From assembly GCA_963422735.1 (NCBI GenBank), contig OY730476.1, positions 128,001-192,000 of the forward strand: DNA of 64,000 nt. The letters are read 5' to 3'. A model generated the notes under the pieces. The model saw only the letters and a program-made list of their open reading frames with translations. It was not told where the DNA came from and ran no database searches. The DNA is from Candidatus Latescibacterota bacterium. GTDB lineage: Bacteria > Latescibacterota > UBA2968 > UBA8231. Numbering within the stretch: the first letter of the stretch is position 1; every line of letters begins with the position of its first letter. A program made the translations under genes and the position numbers. Of this stretch, positions 54,377-64,000 are shown piece after piece.

Positions 54377-55719
54377 TGCGATTGGTGCAGAGTTTTCAAA
54401 ACTGCTTCAAAATCCCCGACTTGCGGCGTCGCATACTCTTCACTGTGGGGATCTTGGTCGTCTATCGCATCGGTGGTCAGATCACGGTCCCCGGCGTCGA
54501 GTTGGTCGTGCTCAAAGAGTACTTTGAAAGCGCTGGCAATACCCTTTTTGGGCTATACGACATGTTTGTGGGTGGTGCTTTTACCCGTGGGACGATCTTC
54601 GCTTTGGGCATCATGCCCTATATCAGTGCCTCGATCATTTTGCAGTTGCTGGGCGCGGTTATTCCCCACTTCCAGAAATTGCAGCGCGAAGGCGAAGAGG
54701 GACGCAAGAAAATCACCCAATACACGCGCTATGGCACGGTCTTTCTCGCGGCAGCTCAATCCTATGGCGTCAGTTTTTTCATTACCAGCATCAAGGCCCC
54801 GTACTCGGGTCAGCCGGCAGTTGCCGACCCGGGCATTGGCTTTACGCTGGCGACCATGCTGACGATCACCACTGGCACGATCTTTATCATGTGGTTGGGC
54901 GAGCAGATCACGGAGCGCGGCATTGGCAACGGCATTTCTCTGATCATTTTCATTGGCATCATCGCCGAGTTGCCTTACGCGATCAATCAGGAGTACAAGC
55001 TCTTTATCATTAATCGCGGTTTCAGCAAGAACATCATTGAAGAGATCGTCCTCGTCGGGATCATGTTCGCCGTGGTGGCCTTTGTGATCTTGCTGACCCA
55101 AGGGCTGCGCAAAATTCCCGTGCAGTACGCCAAGCGCGTCGTCGGGCGGCGGGTTTACGGCGGTCAGACCACGCACATTCCGCTGCGGATTAACACGGCG
55201 GGAGTGATTCCAATCATATTTGCCCAGTCGATCATGTTTCTGCCCGGCACGATCACGCAGATGTTCCCAGGCCATGAGTTCATGCTGGCGATTGGTTCGT
55301 TTTTCTCGACCGAATCCATGTTTTATTGGTTCATCTATGCGCTAATGATCATCTTTTTTGCCTATTTTTATACGGCCATTGTCATGGACCCCAACCAACT
55401 GGCCGACAACATGAAAAAGCACGGGGGATTCATCCCAGGCGTCCGCCCCGGTCCTCGGACGGCCCAGTACATTGATGGGATTATGACGCGCATTACCCTG
55501 CCGGGTTCTATTGCCCTCGCTGCGGTGGCGATTTTTCCCTTCTTCGTCACGCGGCAATTCAACGTGGCCCCTTCTTTTGCCCAATTTTTTGGCGGTACTG
55601 GGCTTTTGATCGTCGTTGGCGTGGCGTTAGACACTTTGCAGCAGATCGAGTCTCAGCTCATGACTCGCCATTACGAGGGCTTTATGAAGCGGGGCAAAAT
55701 TCAGGGACGCCGCGGCTAA
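54376..55719 (+). CDS. secY: Preprotein translocase SecY
   Basis: FALGIMPYISASII, GIGNGISLIIF, IPGVRPG. Confidence 0.99.
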   Translation: MRLVQSFQNCFKIPDLRRRILFTVGILVVYRIGGQITVPGVELVVLKEYFESAGNTLFGLYDMFVGGAFTRGTIFALGIMPYISASIILQLLGAVIPHFQKLQREGEEGRKKITQYTRYGTVFLAAAQSYGVSFFITSIKAPYSGQPAVADPGIGFTLATMLTITTGTIFIMWLGEQITERGIGNGISLIIFIGIIAELPYAINQEYKLFIINRGFSKNIIEEIVLVGIMFAVVAFVILLTQGLRKIPVQYAKRVVGRRVYGGQTTHIPLRINTAGVIPIIFAQSIMFLPGTITQMFPGHEFMLAIGSFFSTESMFYWFIYALMIIFFAYFYTAIVMDPNQLADNMKKHGGFIPGVRPGPRTAQYIDGIMTRITLPGSIALAAVAIFPFFVTRQFNVAPSFAQFFGGTGLLIVVGVALDTLQQIESQLMTRHYEGFMKRGKIQGRRG

Positions 55720-55769
55720 GAGCGGTCGGCCCTGTTTGATGCGACTAAACCTCATTTGGAGCGAGTATA

Positions 55770-55886
55770 GTGAAAGTTAGAGCATCCGTCAGCAAGCGCT
55801 GTACCGAGTGCAAAATCGTCCGTCGAAATGGGGTCGTGCGCGTGATATGCAAGCGCAATCCCCGCCATAAGCAAAAACAAGGCTGA
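55770..55886 (+). CDS. rpmJ: 50S ribosomal protein L36
   Basis: [37 protein letters not shown], by manual translation; GTG start. Confidence 0.96.
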   Translation: MKVRASVSKRCTECKIVRRNGVVRVICKRNPRHKQKQG

Positions 55887-55897
55887 GGAATAACACT

Positions 55898-56278
55898 ATG
55901 GCGCGCATAGCAGGTGTAGATTTACCCCGCGACAAGCGGGTCGCCATCGCATTGACCTATATCTTTGGCATTGGGCACACGATGGCCAGCCGCATCGCCT
56001 CCGAGGCGAGGATTGACCCCCAAACTCGCATCAACGAGCTGAGCGAAGACCAGGTCAACAGTTTGCGCTCGATCATCGAGGTCAGCCACAAGGTCGAAGG
56101 TAGTCTGCGCGGCGAAACCACGATGAATGTCAAGCGGCTGATGGACATTGGCTGCTATCGGGGCTTGCGGCATCGTCGCGGGCTTCCGGCCAATGGGCAG
56201 CGCACGAAGACCAACGCCCGCACGCGCAAGGGGCCGCGGCGAGCCATTGCTGGCAAGAAAAAGGCCCCCGTCAAGTAA
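55898..56278 (+). CDS. rpsM: 30S ribosomal protein S13
   Basis: [13 protein letters not shown]. Confidence 0.98.
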   Translation: MARIAGVDLPRDKRVAIALTYIFGIGHTMASRIASEARIDPQTRINELSEDQVNSLRSIIEVSHKVEGSLRGETTMNVKRLMDIGCYRGLRHRRGLPANGQRTKTNARTRKGPRRAIAGKKKAPVK

Positions 56279-56305
56279 ATCAACCCAAACGGAGAGGATG
56301 GACCT

Positions 56306-56695
56306 TTGCCGCCCGAAAGACGCAAGAGACGCAAGAAAGCAAAACAGGTAGAGGCTGTGGGCGTGGCGCACATTCTGGCCACGTTTAACAACACGATTAT
56401 CACCCTTACCGATACTAAGGGTAATGTGATTTCTTGGGCGACCCCGGGGAAAATGAGCATCAAGGGCAGTCGCAAATCTACGCCCTTTGCCGGCCAGCTC
56501 GCCGCTGAAAAGGCCGCCCAAGAAGCCATGAATATGGGGTTGCGCCGCGTGGAGGTCTGGATCAAGGGGCCGGGAGTAGGGCGCGAGTCTGCAATCCGCG
56601 CGTTACAAAATGCCGGGCTCGAGATTTCTGCAATCCGCGACGTGACGCCCATGCCGCACAACGGTTGTCGGCCGCCCAAGCGTCGCCGTGTATAG
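56306..56695 (+). CDS. rpsK: 30S ribosomal protein S11
   Basis: [14 protein letters not shown]. Confidence 0.98.
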   Translation: MPPERRKRRKKAKQVEAVGVAHILATFNNTIITLTDTKGNVISWATPGKMSIKGSRKSTPFAGQLAAEKAAQEAMNMGLRRVEVWIKGPGVGRESAIRALQNAGLEISAIRDVTPMPHNGCRPPKRRRV

Positions 56696-56711
56696 AGGAG
56701 CTAACTAAGTT

Positions 56712-57338
56712 ATGAGCAGGCATACAGGTCCCAACTGTCGCTTCTGCCGCCGGGAAGGGGCCAAACTTTTCCTGAAGGGCGAGCGTTGCAACCTCGAAAA
56801 ATGCTCCTTCGAGCGGCGCAGCTATGCCCCGGGTCAACACGGTCAGAGCCTGCGGCGCAAGCAGTCCGACTACAGCGTACAGCTGCGGGCCAAGCAGAAG
56901 TTAGCTCGGCTCTACGGAATCCGCGAAGGCCAGTTTAGGGGCTACTATAAGGAGGCCTCGCGAGTGCCGGGCGTCAGTGGTGAAAACCTGCTGCGCTTGT
57001 TAGAGTGCCGCCTCGATAACATCGTCTATAGGCTCGGTTTCGCGCCATCGCGCAAGGCCGCGCGCCAGTTAGTGCGCCACAACCACATCGCGGTAAACGG
57101 CAAACGGGTCAATATCCCTTCGTACCTGACCCGGATGGGCGATGCGGTGCAGGTCGCCGAGCGCAGTCGCCAGCTAGAGGCCATTCACGAATCGCTGCGG
57201 CGCTCGCGGGAGATCGTGCCTTGGCTGGCCATAGACAAGGTCAACTTGACTGGGACCGTAGCAGAGATCCCCGGACGCGAAGACATTCCCACAGTCGCCG
57301 AAGAACAACTGGTTATCGAGTTCTATTCTCGCGTCTAA
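56712..57338 (+). CDS. rpsD: 30S ribosomal protein S4
   Basis: CRREG, LECRLDNIVYR. Confidence 0.98.
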   Translation: MSRHTGPNCRFCRREGAKLFLKGERCNLEKCSFERRSYAPGQHGQSLRRKQSDYSVQLRAKQKLARLYGIREGQFRGYYKEASRVPGVSGENLLRLLECRLDNIVYRLGFAPSRKAARQLVRHNHIAVNGKRVNIPSYLTRMGDAVQVAERSRQLEAIHESLRRSREIVPWLAIDKVNLTGTVAEIPGREDIPTVAEEQLVIEFYSRV

Positions 57339-57381
57339 AGTTTTACTCCGCCCAATCCATCAAGGGGCAAGAGGCTAAAGT

Positions 57382-58398
57382 ATGAAATTAGAAGGTCTCC
57401 AGATGCCGAGGCTAGCCGAGGTCGAAAAAGAAAGCCTCAGCGAGACGTATGGCATGTTTATTGTCCAGCCGCTCGAGCGTGGTTTTGGCGTCTCTATAGG
57501 GCACGCCCTGCGCCGGATATTGCTGTCCTTTATCCAAGGGGCCGCGATCAAGCAAGTCAATATCGAAGGCGTGCATCACGAGTTTTCCACGATTGCCGGG
57601 GTGCGCGAGGATGTGCCGGAGATCGTGCGCAACTTCAAGGAAGTGGCGATCCGCTATAGTGGCGAGGAGGATCGCGTCTTGCGCATCGAACGCACGACAG
57701 AAGGAACCTTGGTGGCCAAGGACCTAGAAGTGGACCCCAGCATCGAGGTGATGAATCCCGCCCTACACATTGCCACCTTGGATAAAGGGGCTTCCTTGAA
57801 AATGGAACTGACGGTCGGCTGCGGCCGCGGCTACCAGTTTGCCGAGGAGAACAAAATCCCCGATCAGCCTATAGACGCTATTCCGCTCGATACGAACTAT
57901 TCGCCGATCCTCAAGGTCCACTACGAGATCGAGAGCGCACGCGTCGGGCGGCGCACTGACTACGACAAGCTGATTATGGAAGTCTGGACCGATGGCTCAG
58001 TGCATCCCGAGGACGCCATGTCCCAGGCCGCCCGGATCCTGACCGAACACCTGAGCCTTTTTATTAATTTTAGAGAAGAGCCTGAAGGCGAGGAGGAAAA
58101 GGAAGTTGACGAGGAGGCCAAGAGAATCGCCCAGCTCTTGCAAATGTCCGTCGAAGAGATTGAGTTGACGGTGCGCTCGGCCAACTGTCTCAAAGCCGCA
58201 GGGATCACCCATCTCAGGGACTTGGTATCGCGCACGGAGGCCGAGATGCTCCAGTATCGCAACTTTGGCCGCAAATCGCTCAACGAGTTGCAGAAAATAC
58301 TCGAGGAAAATAATCTTAGCTGGGGCATGGACCTGAGTCCATACATCGGCATTGAGATTGGCCAAAAAGCAGACGACCCGCTGGCGGAAGAATTCTAG
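57382..58398 (+). CDS. rpoA: RNA polymerase alpha subunit
   Basis: PLERGFG...[16 protein letters not shown]. Confidence 0.99.
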   Translation: MKLEGLQMPRLAEVEKESLSETYGMFIVQPLERGFGVSIGHALRRILLSFIQGAAIKQVNIEGVHHEFSTIAGVREDVPEIVRNFKEVAIRYSGEEDRVLRIERTTEGTLVAKDLEVDPSIEVMNPALHIATLDKGASLKMELTVGCGRGYQFAEENKIPDQPIDAIPLDTNYSPILKVHYEIESARVGRRTDYDKLIMEVWTDGSVHPEDAMSQAARILTEHLSLFINFREEPEGEEEKEVDEEAKRIAQLLQMSVEEIELTVRSANCLKAAGITHLRDLVSRTEAEMLQYRNFGRKSLNELQKILEENNLSWGMDLSPYIGIEIGQKADDPLAEEF

Positions 58399-58400
58399 CC

Positions 58401-58811
58401 ATGAGACACGGCAAAAAAATAGCCAAGCTGGGACGCACGGTCCCGCACCGCAAGGCCATGTTGTCCAACATGATGACTTCGCTTTTTATCAACGAGCGCG
58501 TCACCACCACCCAGACGCGTGCCAAAGAGCTCAAGCGCACGGCCGAGCGAGTGCTGACCTGCGCCAAGAAAGGCGACTTACACGCCCGGCGCCAAGTGTT
58601 GCGCGTCATAGCTGACAAACAGGTGGTCGCCAAGCTCTTTGACGAACTGGCCCCGCGCTACAAAAGCCGCAACGGAGGCTATACGCGCCTGATCAAGTTG
58701 GGGCCACGTCGCGGCGACGGGGCATTTATGAGCATCGTCGAGCTCGTGGATCGTGCAGAAGAGACTCAGGAGGACGCGGCCGCAGGAGAGGCTCAGCAGG
58801 CCGCAGAATAA
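58401..58811 (+). CDS. rplQ: 50S ribosomal protein L17
   Basis: RNGGYTR...RRGDGA. Confidence 0.98.
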   Translation: MRHGKKIAKLGRTVPHRKAMLSNMMTSLFINERVTTTQTRAKELKRTAERVLTCAKKGDLHARRQVLRVIADKQVVAKLFDELAPRYKSRNGGYTRLIKLGPRRGDGAFMSIVELVDRAEETQEDAAAGEAQQAAE

Positions 58812-58834
58812 AGAGGGCGTCCAAGGTAGTAGCG

Positions 58835-58874
58835 ACGGGGCAAGATGGTCATCATCTTGCCCCGTTTGCATTTT
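58835..58874 (+). terminator. Terminator at the end of the alpha operon
   Basis: ACGGGGCAAGATG/CATCTTGCCCCGT 13-bp stem followed by a T-rich tail. Confidence 0.8.
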
Positions 58875-58983
58875 AGAAGCTTCACCCTGCCTTTAGGCAG
58901 GACAGGCGCTGTGAAGTGTGCGGCTGCAAACGCGGCGGTCGGGGCACACTGGGAATTTCCAGACAGCTTCTTAGATAGGGCAC

Positions 58984-60342
58984 GTGAAACGAGGAGATCG
59001 CATCGAGGTCGAGGTTGCCGCGCTCACCGCCAAGGGCGACGGGCTGGCTTATGTCGGGCACCGCGAGGTCGTCGTGCGCCAGTCTGTTCCCGGGGATTGG
59101 GTCGCCGCCCGGGTCGTAAAGAAGCGCAAAGGGCGCTTCGAGGCCGAGGTGGAGGAATTCCTCGCAGAGGGCTACAAACGTGAGGAGCCTCGCTGCGCCC
59201 ATTTTGGACGCTGCGGCGGCTGTCGGTGGCAGGAGTTGCCCTATGCGGCCCAGCTCGCCGTCAAGGAGCAGATGGTTGCCAGCGCATTGGCGACTAGTGG
59301 CCTGCCGCTGCCGGCCGCAGTGCCGATTCTGCCCAGCCCGACCCCCTTTTTCTACCGCAACAAAATGGAATTTTCCTTTGGCAAAGATCGCGAGGGCTTG
59401 TTGCAATTGGGCTTGCACGTGCGCGGGCGTTTCAATTGGATCTTCGATGTCGAAGAGTGCCACCTACAGTCGCGTACTTCCAATCACATCGTCGGAGCGG
59501 TCCGCCGCATCAGCCAAGCGTTGGGCCTGAGCGCGTACGACCTGTATCGGCACCAAGGGCTGTTGCGCTTCTTGGTCGTCCGCGAGGGCAAGCGGAGCGG
59601 AGAAATAATGGTCAACCTCGTCGTGGCCTCGTATCCCGACCTAGGCGTCCAACAGCTCGCCGAGCAACTGTTGGACGCCGTACCTGAAATTGACGTTTTG
59701 CTCGTTACCTTACACACCGGCAAGGCTCAAGTAGCGGCCGGGGAGCGCGAGTTTGTGCTCAAGGGGAGTGGGCGCATTACCGAAGTATGCAGTGGCCTCG
59801 AATTCGACATTTCTCCCCAGTCCTTTTTTCAGACGAATTCGCTGCAAGCCGAGCGGCTCTACGAGGTCATAGCCCGCGTGGCCGGGCCGCAAAAGGCCGT
59901 GCTAGATTTGTACTGCGGCACGGGCAGCATCAGCCTGCTTTTGGCGCGCCAGTCCCAGTTCGTGTTGGGCATCGAAGTGGTTGCTGAAGCGGTGGAGGAC
60001 GCCAGACGCAATGCCGTGCGCAATCGGATAGAACACTGCGAGTTCGTGGTCGGCGCAGCCGAGGGCATACTCGGGGAATTGGCAGCGCAAGGTCAGCGTT
60101 TTGACTTGGCTGTCGTCGATCCACCGCGACCGGGGATCCACAAAAAGGCGCTGGCCGGTCTGTGCGCGTTGGCACCACCGCGCATCATTTACGTCTCCTG
60201 TAATGTCCACGCGCTAGCGGGCGACTTGTGCGCCTTGGGTCAGGCTGGCTACGGCGTCTGCAGCGTGCAACCCGTAGATATGTTCCCCCAAACGCCGCAC
60301 TGCGAGGTCGTCGTCGAGTTGTGCAAGCAGGTCGCTCCGTGA
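58984..60342 (+). CDS. rlmD: 23S rRNA m5U1939 methyltransferase
   Basis: TRAM domain, C..FGRCGGC, FFQTN, DLYCGTG, VDPPR, YVSC, DMFPQT.H.E. Confidence 0.93.
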   Translation: MKRGDRIEVEVAALTAKGDGLAYVGHREVVVRQSVPGDWVAARVVKKRKGRFEAEVEEFLAEGYKREEPRCAHFGRCGGCRWQELPYAAQLAVKEQMVASALATSGLPLPAAVPILPSPTPFFYRNKMEFSFGKDREGLLQLGLHVRGRFNWIFDVEECHLQSRTSNHIVGAVRRISQALGLSAYDLYRHQGLLRFLVVREGKRSGEIMVNLVVASYPDLGVQQLAEQLLDAVPEIDVLLVTLHTGKAQVAAGEREFVLKGSGRITEVCSGLEFDISPQSFFQTNSLQAERLYEVIARVAGPQKAVLDLYCGTGSISLLLARQSQFVLGIEVVAEAVEDARRNAVRNRIEHCEFVVGAAEGILGELAAQGQRFDLAVVDPPRPGIHKKALAGLCALAPPRIIYVSCNVHALAGDLCALGQAGYGVCSVQPVDMFPQTPHCEVVVELCKQVAP

Positions 60343-60774
60343 TTTTCTAACGCCACAGCCAGCGCATGGCTGTCGGCTATATCCGCTATATACAATCTCG
60401 GCGTAGGTCGGGCCGTGCGCTTGTGGCCCTCTCTCACAGCGGAGGCATCCACATCGCGCTCGGTGTAGGCGGGAAAGAGCAAAGCAGTGAGGAGAACTGC
60501 GGCGGCAAGGCGAGTAATCATGCGGCAATTGGAAGATAAGAGGGGCAGATTGTGATGAAATTAGCGCACCAAGGTGACGATCTCTCAGCAGGGCCGTTGC
60601 AAATTCTCCACATCGAATCGCTCCCTCCGCCCTCCCTTCGCCTACCTTCCCATTCCAACGCCGCCATAGACAGGGAGTGCCTAGGCCCCGTTGCTCCCCT
60701 AAGAGGGCCGCTCTATACTATGCCATTCAACGTTGGCAGTCCCGCTAGACTCCGCACCTAGAGAAAGGACCAAA

Positions 60775-61743
60775 ATGTCGGATAGCGCACCTAAAGGCGT
60801 ACTAACCAACCCGTTTTCCCTCAGCACGGACGACGGCTACACTTGGCTCAAGGGCAATCTCCACTCGCACACCACCAATTCCGACGGCAAGGCCGCGCCC
60901 CAAGAGCGAATCGACGGCTATGTCGGCCAAGGCTACGACTTCCTCTGCCTGTCCGACCACCACAAAATCACCTTTACCGATACCGTGCAGGCCCCAAGCG
61001 ACTTCGTGCTCATCCAAGGGGCTGAACTGCACCCGGATAACCCCTTCGGCGGTCAGCGGCACCACTTCGTCTGCCTCCATATTCGCGAAGACATGGACGC
61101 GGAGACGATGCCTCCCCAGCATGTCATTGACGAGGTCCGACGCCAGGGCGGTGCTGTCTGGCTGGCCCACCCACACTGGAGTTCGATTAATATCCTGCGC
61201 GACGCGCTGCCGCTTGCCGGGTTCGCTGGCATCGAGGTCTTCAACGCCACCTGCCGCTGTGCCGGACGCGGTGAGTCGAGCGTGCATTGGGACGACTGGA
61301 TGGAACTGGAGAATCGTCTCTACCCCGCGCTGGCCAACGACGATTCGCACGCCCTCGAAGCCGATCAGCGCGACACTTACCAGGGCTGGACTTGGGTTCG
61401 CGTCAAAGAGCGCACCGCCGACGCAGTCGTTGCCGCCCTAGTCGCGGGCGCATCGTACGGCAGCACCGGCCCCACAATCCACGACATCCAACTCCGCCGC
61501 ACCGACCGCGAGGGCGACGAGCGCACACAGGTCGAAGCTACGGTGTCCTGCTCGCCGGCGCAGCGCATCGCGGCGGTGTCCGATCTTTTTGGTGCCGAGT
61601 ACCATCAGCACGGGGCCCTCTTCGAGACCGCTACCTTCGCGCTCAGGGCCAATGTCCGCTGGGTGCGCTTCGAGATCATCGACAGCCGTGGCCACAAGGC
61701 GTGGTCCAACCCGTTTGATCTGACCGCACTCGAACCGGCCTGA
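60775..61743 (+). CDS. PHP-domain metallohydrolase (CehA/McbA-like)
   Basis: GNLHSHTTNSDG, SDH, AHPHW, NDDSH, AWSNP. Confidence 0.8.
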   Translation: MSDSAPKGVLTNPFSLSTDDGYTWLKGNLHSHTTNSDGKAAPQERIDGYVGQGYDFLCLSDHHKITFTDTVQAPSDFVLIQGAELHPDNPFGGQRHHFVCLHIREDMDAETMPPQHVIDEVRRQGGAVWLAHPHWSSINILRDALPLAGFAGIEVFNATCRCAGRGESSVHWDDWMELENRLYPALANDDSHALEADQRDTYQGWTWVRVKERTADAVVAALVAGASYGSTGPTIHDIQLRRTDREGDERTQVEATVSCSPAQRIAAVSDLFGAEYHQHGALFETATFALRANVRWVRFEIIDSRGHKAWSNPFDLTALEPA

Positions 61744-61749
61744 TAGCCT

Positions 61750-62120
61750 CTATTTCTGTGTTGGGACGCGGCGCGTCAACCCAGCGTTGCTGTTCAAAGG
61801 CCATTTGCTGGGCCTTGTCGCAGTAGTGGGGGTTGTTCGACAAGGGATGGTTAGCGCGGATCGCCCCCTCGGGAAAGAGATACCAGTCCTTGCGGCTTAC
61901 TACATAGCCGCGCTTCACCGCGTCTTTAGGCGTGCGCGTCGTCGGCGATGTAATTGACTACGTAGAGTGTCCCGTCGGGTAGTTGCACCCAGCCCGAATA
62001 ACCGCTGTCGGCCGACAGGGCGCGGTCGTTGTCCAGAAAGGCGAAGCGGGCTCTGGGGCATCCGCCCGGGTGGGTGAGCCACGCGGGGCCTCTGTCGCGG
62101 TCTCCACGTAGATCCCCAAG
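61750..62120 (-). pseudogene. Frameshifted 3' remnant of a BNR/sialidase-like protein
   Basis: LDNDR...DSGYSGWVQLPDGTLYVVNY, then a stop and frameshift, then RGYVVSRKDWYLFPEG; no N-terminus. Confidence 0.5.
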
Positions 62121-62284
62121 GAAACGGTGATCGTCTGCATGGTTGCCTCTCGGTTTTGGATGGGTGCATGGCAATATACAATACGACCGGGTTGCCGCCG
62201 GATGGTGGCTTGCCCCCCCAACTCCCTTCTCCTACCTTCCCTCTCCAAATCCGCTAATTCTGCCCCTGTCGAGGGACTAACATC

Positions 62285-63478
62285 ATGGCCGACCGCCCCC
62301 AAATCGCCGCTATCGTCACCGAGTACCGCAAGTACTCCCACGCCCAGCACATCTGCGACCGCTTCTTAGAAGGCTACGGCTGGAACGGCCGGCACCACCG
62401 CCCGCCCATGGATCTGGTTTCGCTGTACGTGGACCAGCGCCCCGAAGGTGATCTGAGCCAAGAGCGGGCGACCCGCTTCCCCCACATGGCGATCTACCCC
62501 ACCGTGGCCGACGCCCTCACCTTGGGCGGCGCAAATCTGGCCGTCGATGGCGTCCTGCTCATCGGCGAGCACGGCAGCTACGGCCACAATGAAAAGGGCC
62601 AGCACCTCTACCCGCGCTACGAGCTTTTCAAACAGATCGTCTCGGTCTATCGCACTACCGGCAAGAGCGCACCCGTGTTCAACGACAAGCATCTTTCCTA
62701 TAACTGGGACTGGTGCCAAGAGATGTGCCGTGTCTCGCACGAGCTCGGCTTCGCCTTTATGGCCGGTTCTTCGTTGCCCGTCACTTGGCGCACTCCCTCG
62801 CTTGACATGCCCCTTGGTGCAGAGGTCGAAGAAGCGGTCTGCGTCTGCTATGGCGGCGTCGATAGCTACGACTTTCACGGTTTGGAGACCTTGCAATGCA
62901 TGGTTGAGCGCAGAAAGGGTGGCGAGCCGGGCGTCAAATGGCTCCGGGCCTACCGCGACGATGCCTTCTGGCAAGCCCACGCTGAGGGCGCGTGGTCACG
63001 CGAGCTTTTTGAAGCCTGCCTCTGCCGCAGCCACACGCTCACTCCGGCACGACCGGGGTTCAACAACCTCTTCCCCACCATCGACGAACTCAAGCACCTA
63101 GCCGAGAGCCCCATCGCCTACCAGTACGAGCACGCCGACGGCCTCCGCTCGACCCTGATCCTGATGAACGGGCTAGTCCAAGATTTCAACTTCGCCGCCC
63201 GGCTCAAAGGGCGGGACGAGCCGCTCTCGACCCAGATGTACCTGCCCATGCCCCCGGCCCGCACCACGCTGGCCAACTTCTTCAGCCCGTTGGTCAACAA
63301 CATCGAGCAGATGTTCCTGACCGGCAAAGCTACCTACCCGGTTGAACGCACCTTGCTCACCTCGGGCTTGGTCATCGCCGGCGTCGATAGCCTCCACCAA
63401 GGCCAAACCCAAGTCGAGACGCCCCATCTAAACAGCGCCTACCAAGCCACCGAAGAATCCACTTTCTGGAGGACGTAA
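62285..63478 (+). CDS. Conserved hypothetical protein, distant Gfo/Idh/MocA-like oxidoreductase fold
   Basis: SHAQHI..RF, VDGVLLIGEHG, PVFNDKHL, MAGSSLP, YDFHGLE. Confidence 0.75.
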   Translation: MADRPQIAAIVTEYRKYSHAQHICDRFLEGYGWNGRHHRPPMDLVSLYVDQRPEGDLSQERATRFPHMAIYPTVADALTLGGANLAVDGVLLIGEHGSYGHNEKGQHLYPRYELFKQIVSVYRTTGKSAPVFNDKHLSYNWDWCQEMCRVSHELGFAFMAGSSLPVTWRTPSLDMPLGAEVEEAVCVCYGGVDSYDFHGLETLQCMVERRKGGEPGVKWLRAYRDDAFWQAHAEGAWSRELFEACLCRSHTLTPARPGFNNLFPTIDELKHLAESPIAYQYEHADGLRSTLILMNGLVQDFNFAARLKGRDEPLSTQMYLPMPPARTTLANFFSPLVNNIEQMFLTGKATYPVERTLLTSGLVIAGVDSLHQGQTQVETPHLNSAYQATEESTFWRT

Positions 63479-63479
63479 A

Positions 63480-64000
63480 ATGGCCCGTCGCGGAAAACAG
63501 CGGTCCCACCCTCAGATGGGAGCGACCACCGTGGAAATCCTCGAACCCGCACGCCAGACGCAGAGCCAGCCGGTCCGCGTCCAAGACCCGCCGCAGCCGC
63601 CGGTCACCACCGAGGTCGACAGCGATGACCTAACAAGCCCGGTCGCAGCCACCCGGCCCAAGCGCATCGCCGTCATCGCCACTATCTATCGCTACTTGTC
63701 GCACGCCCAGCACTTTGCCGATCGCTTCTTAGTCGGCTATCCCTACGGCGGCCGCTGGCAGCGACCCAACTGCAAAATCGTCTCGCTCTACGTCGATCAG
63801 CAACCCGAAGGTGACCAAAGCCAAGACCGGGCGCGCGAATTCGGCTTTGCGGTGTACCCCACCATCGCCGAAGCCCTGCGCTGTGGCGGCGACCGACTCG
63901 CTTGCGACGCGGTGCTAATCATCGGCGAGCACGGCGAATACCCCAGAAACGACAAAGGACAGGTTCTGTACCCACGCTACGAGTTTTTCAAAGAATGCGT
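63480..64000 (+). CDS. Paralogue of the preceding gene, runs off the right edge
   Basis: ATG at 63480 after GGAGG; SHAQHFADRFL, SLYVDQ.PEGD, DAVLIIGEHG, LYPRYEFFK. Confidence 0.8.
   Translation, partial: MARRGKQRSHPQMGATTVEILEPARQTQSQPVRVQDPPQPPVTTEVDSDDLTSPVAATRPKRIAVIATIYRYLSHAQHFADRFLVGYPYGGRWQRPNCKIVSLYVDQQPEGDQSQDRAREFGFAVYPTIAEALRCGGDRLACDAVLIIGEHGEYPRNDKGQVLYPRYEFFKEC

Noticed and set aside
60249-60521. 90-aa minus ORF with a signal-peptide-like start
   Set aside because: It overlaps the rlmD 3' end by about 90 nt and has no recognisable domain; at best a remnant.

Overview
GC-rich bacterial chromosomal window with three zones. (1) 1-12.5 kb is metabolic and housekeeping: two PhyH-family dioxygenases, an AAA_14/DUF4143 ATPase, a D-2-hydroxyacid dehydrogenase, a PfkB kinase, infC with an ATC start, SulP, zapA, an FAD/Fe-S oxidoreductase and a Rid-like protein. 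(2) About 12.5-21.7 kb is a restriction-modification-like defence island: a PLD-nuclease/SNF2-helicase fusion, fused AlbA_2 and ParA remnants, an Eco57I-like N6-adenine methyltransferase with signs of a specificity-domain swap, and a DUF3644 gene. It follows a truncated FmdB-type zinc-ribbon gene. Next come larA and an apparent sbcD-sbcC-ygfZ-'dinB' operon whose DinB homologue has lost its catalytic residues and fingers domain but keeps the clamp-binding motif. (3) 29.5-58.8 kb is the tRNA/rpoBC/str/S10/spc/alpha superoperon, lacking rplC, adk, map, infA and the tRNA-linked tuf copy. It is followed by rlmD, a PHP hydrolase, a BNR-like remnant and two tandem paralogous unknown genes. The most interesting items are the inactive DinB-like repair operon, the defence island, a promoter/terminator-bounded short RNA and a structured element upstream of zapA, the missing rplC, rifampicin-pocket substitutions in RpoB, and a perfect 36-bp palindrome abutting the ATPase start. 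All family assignments come from motif recognition by eye; no database searches were run.
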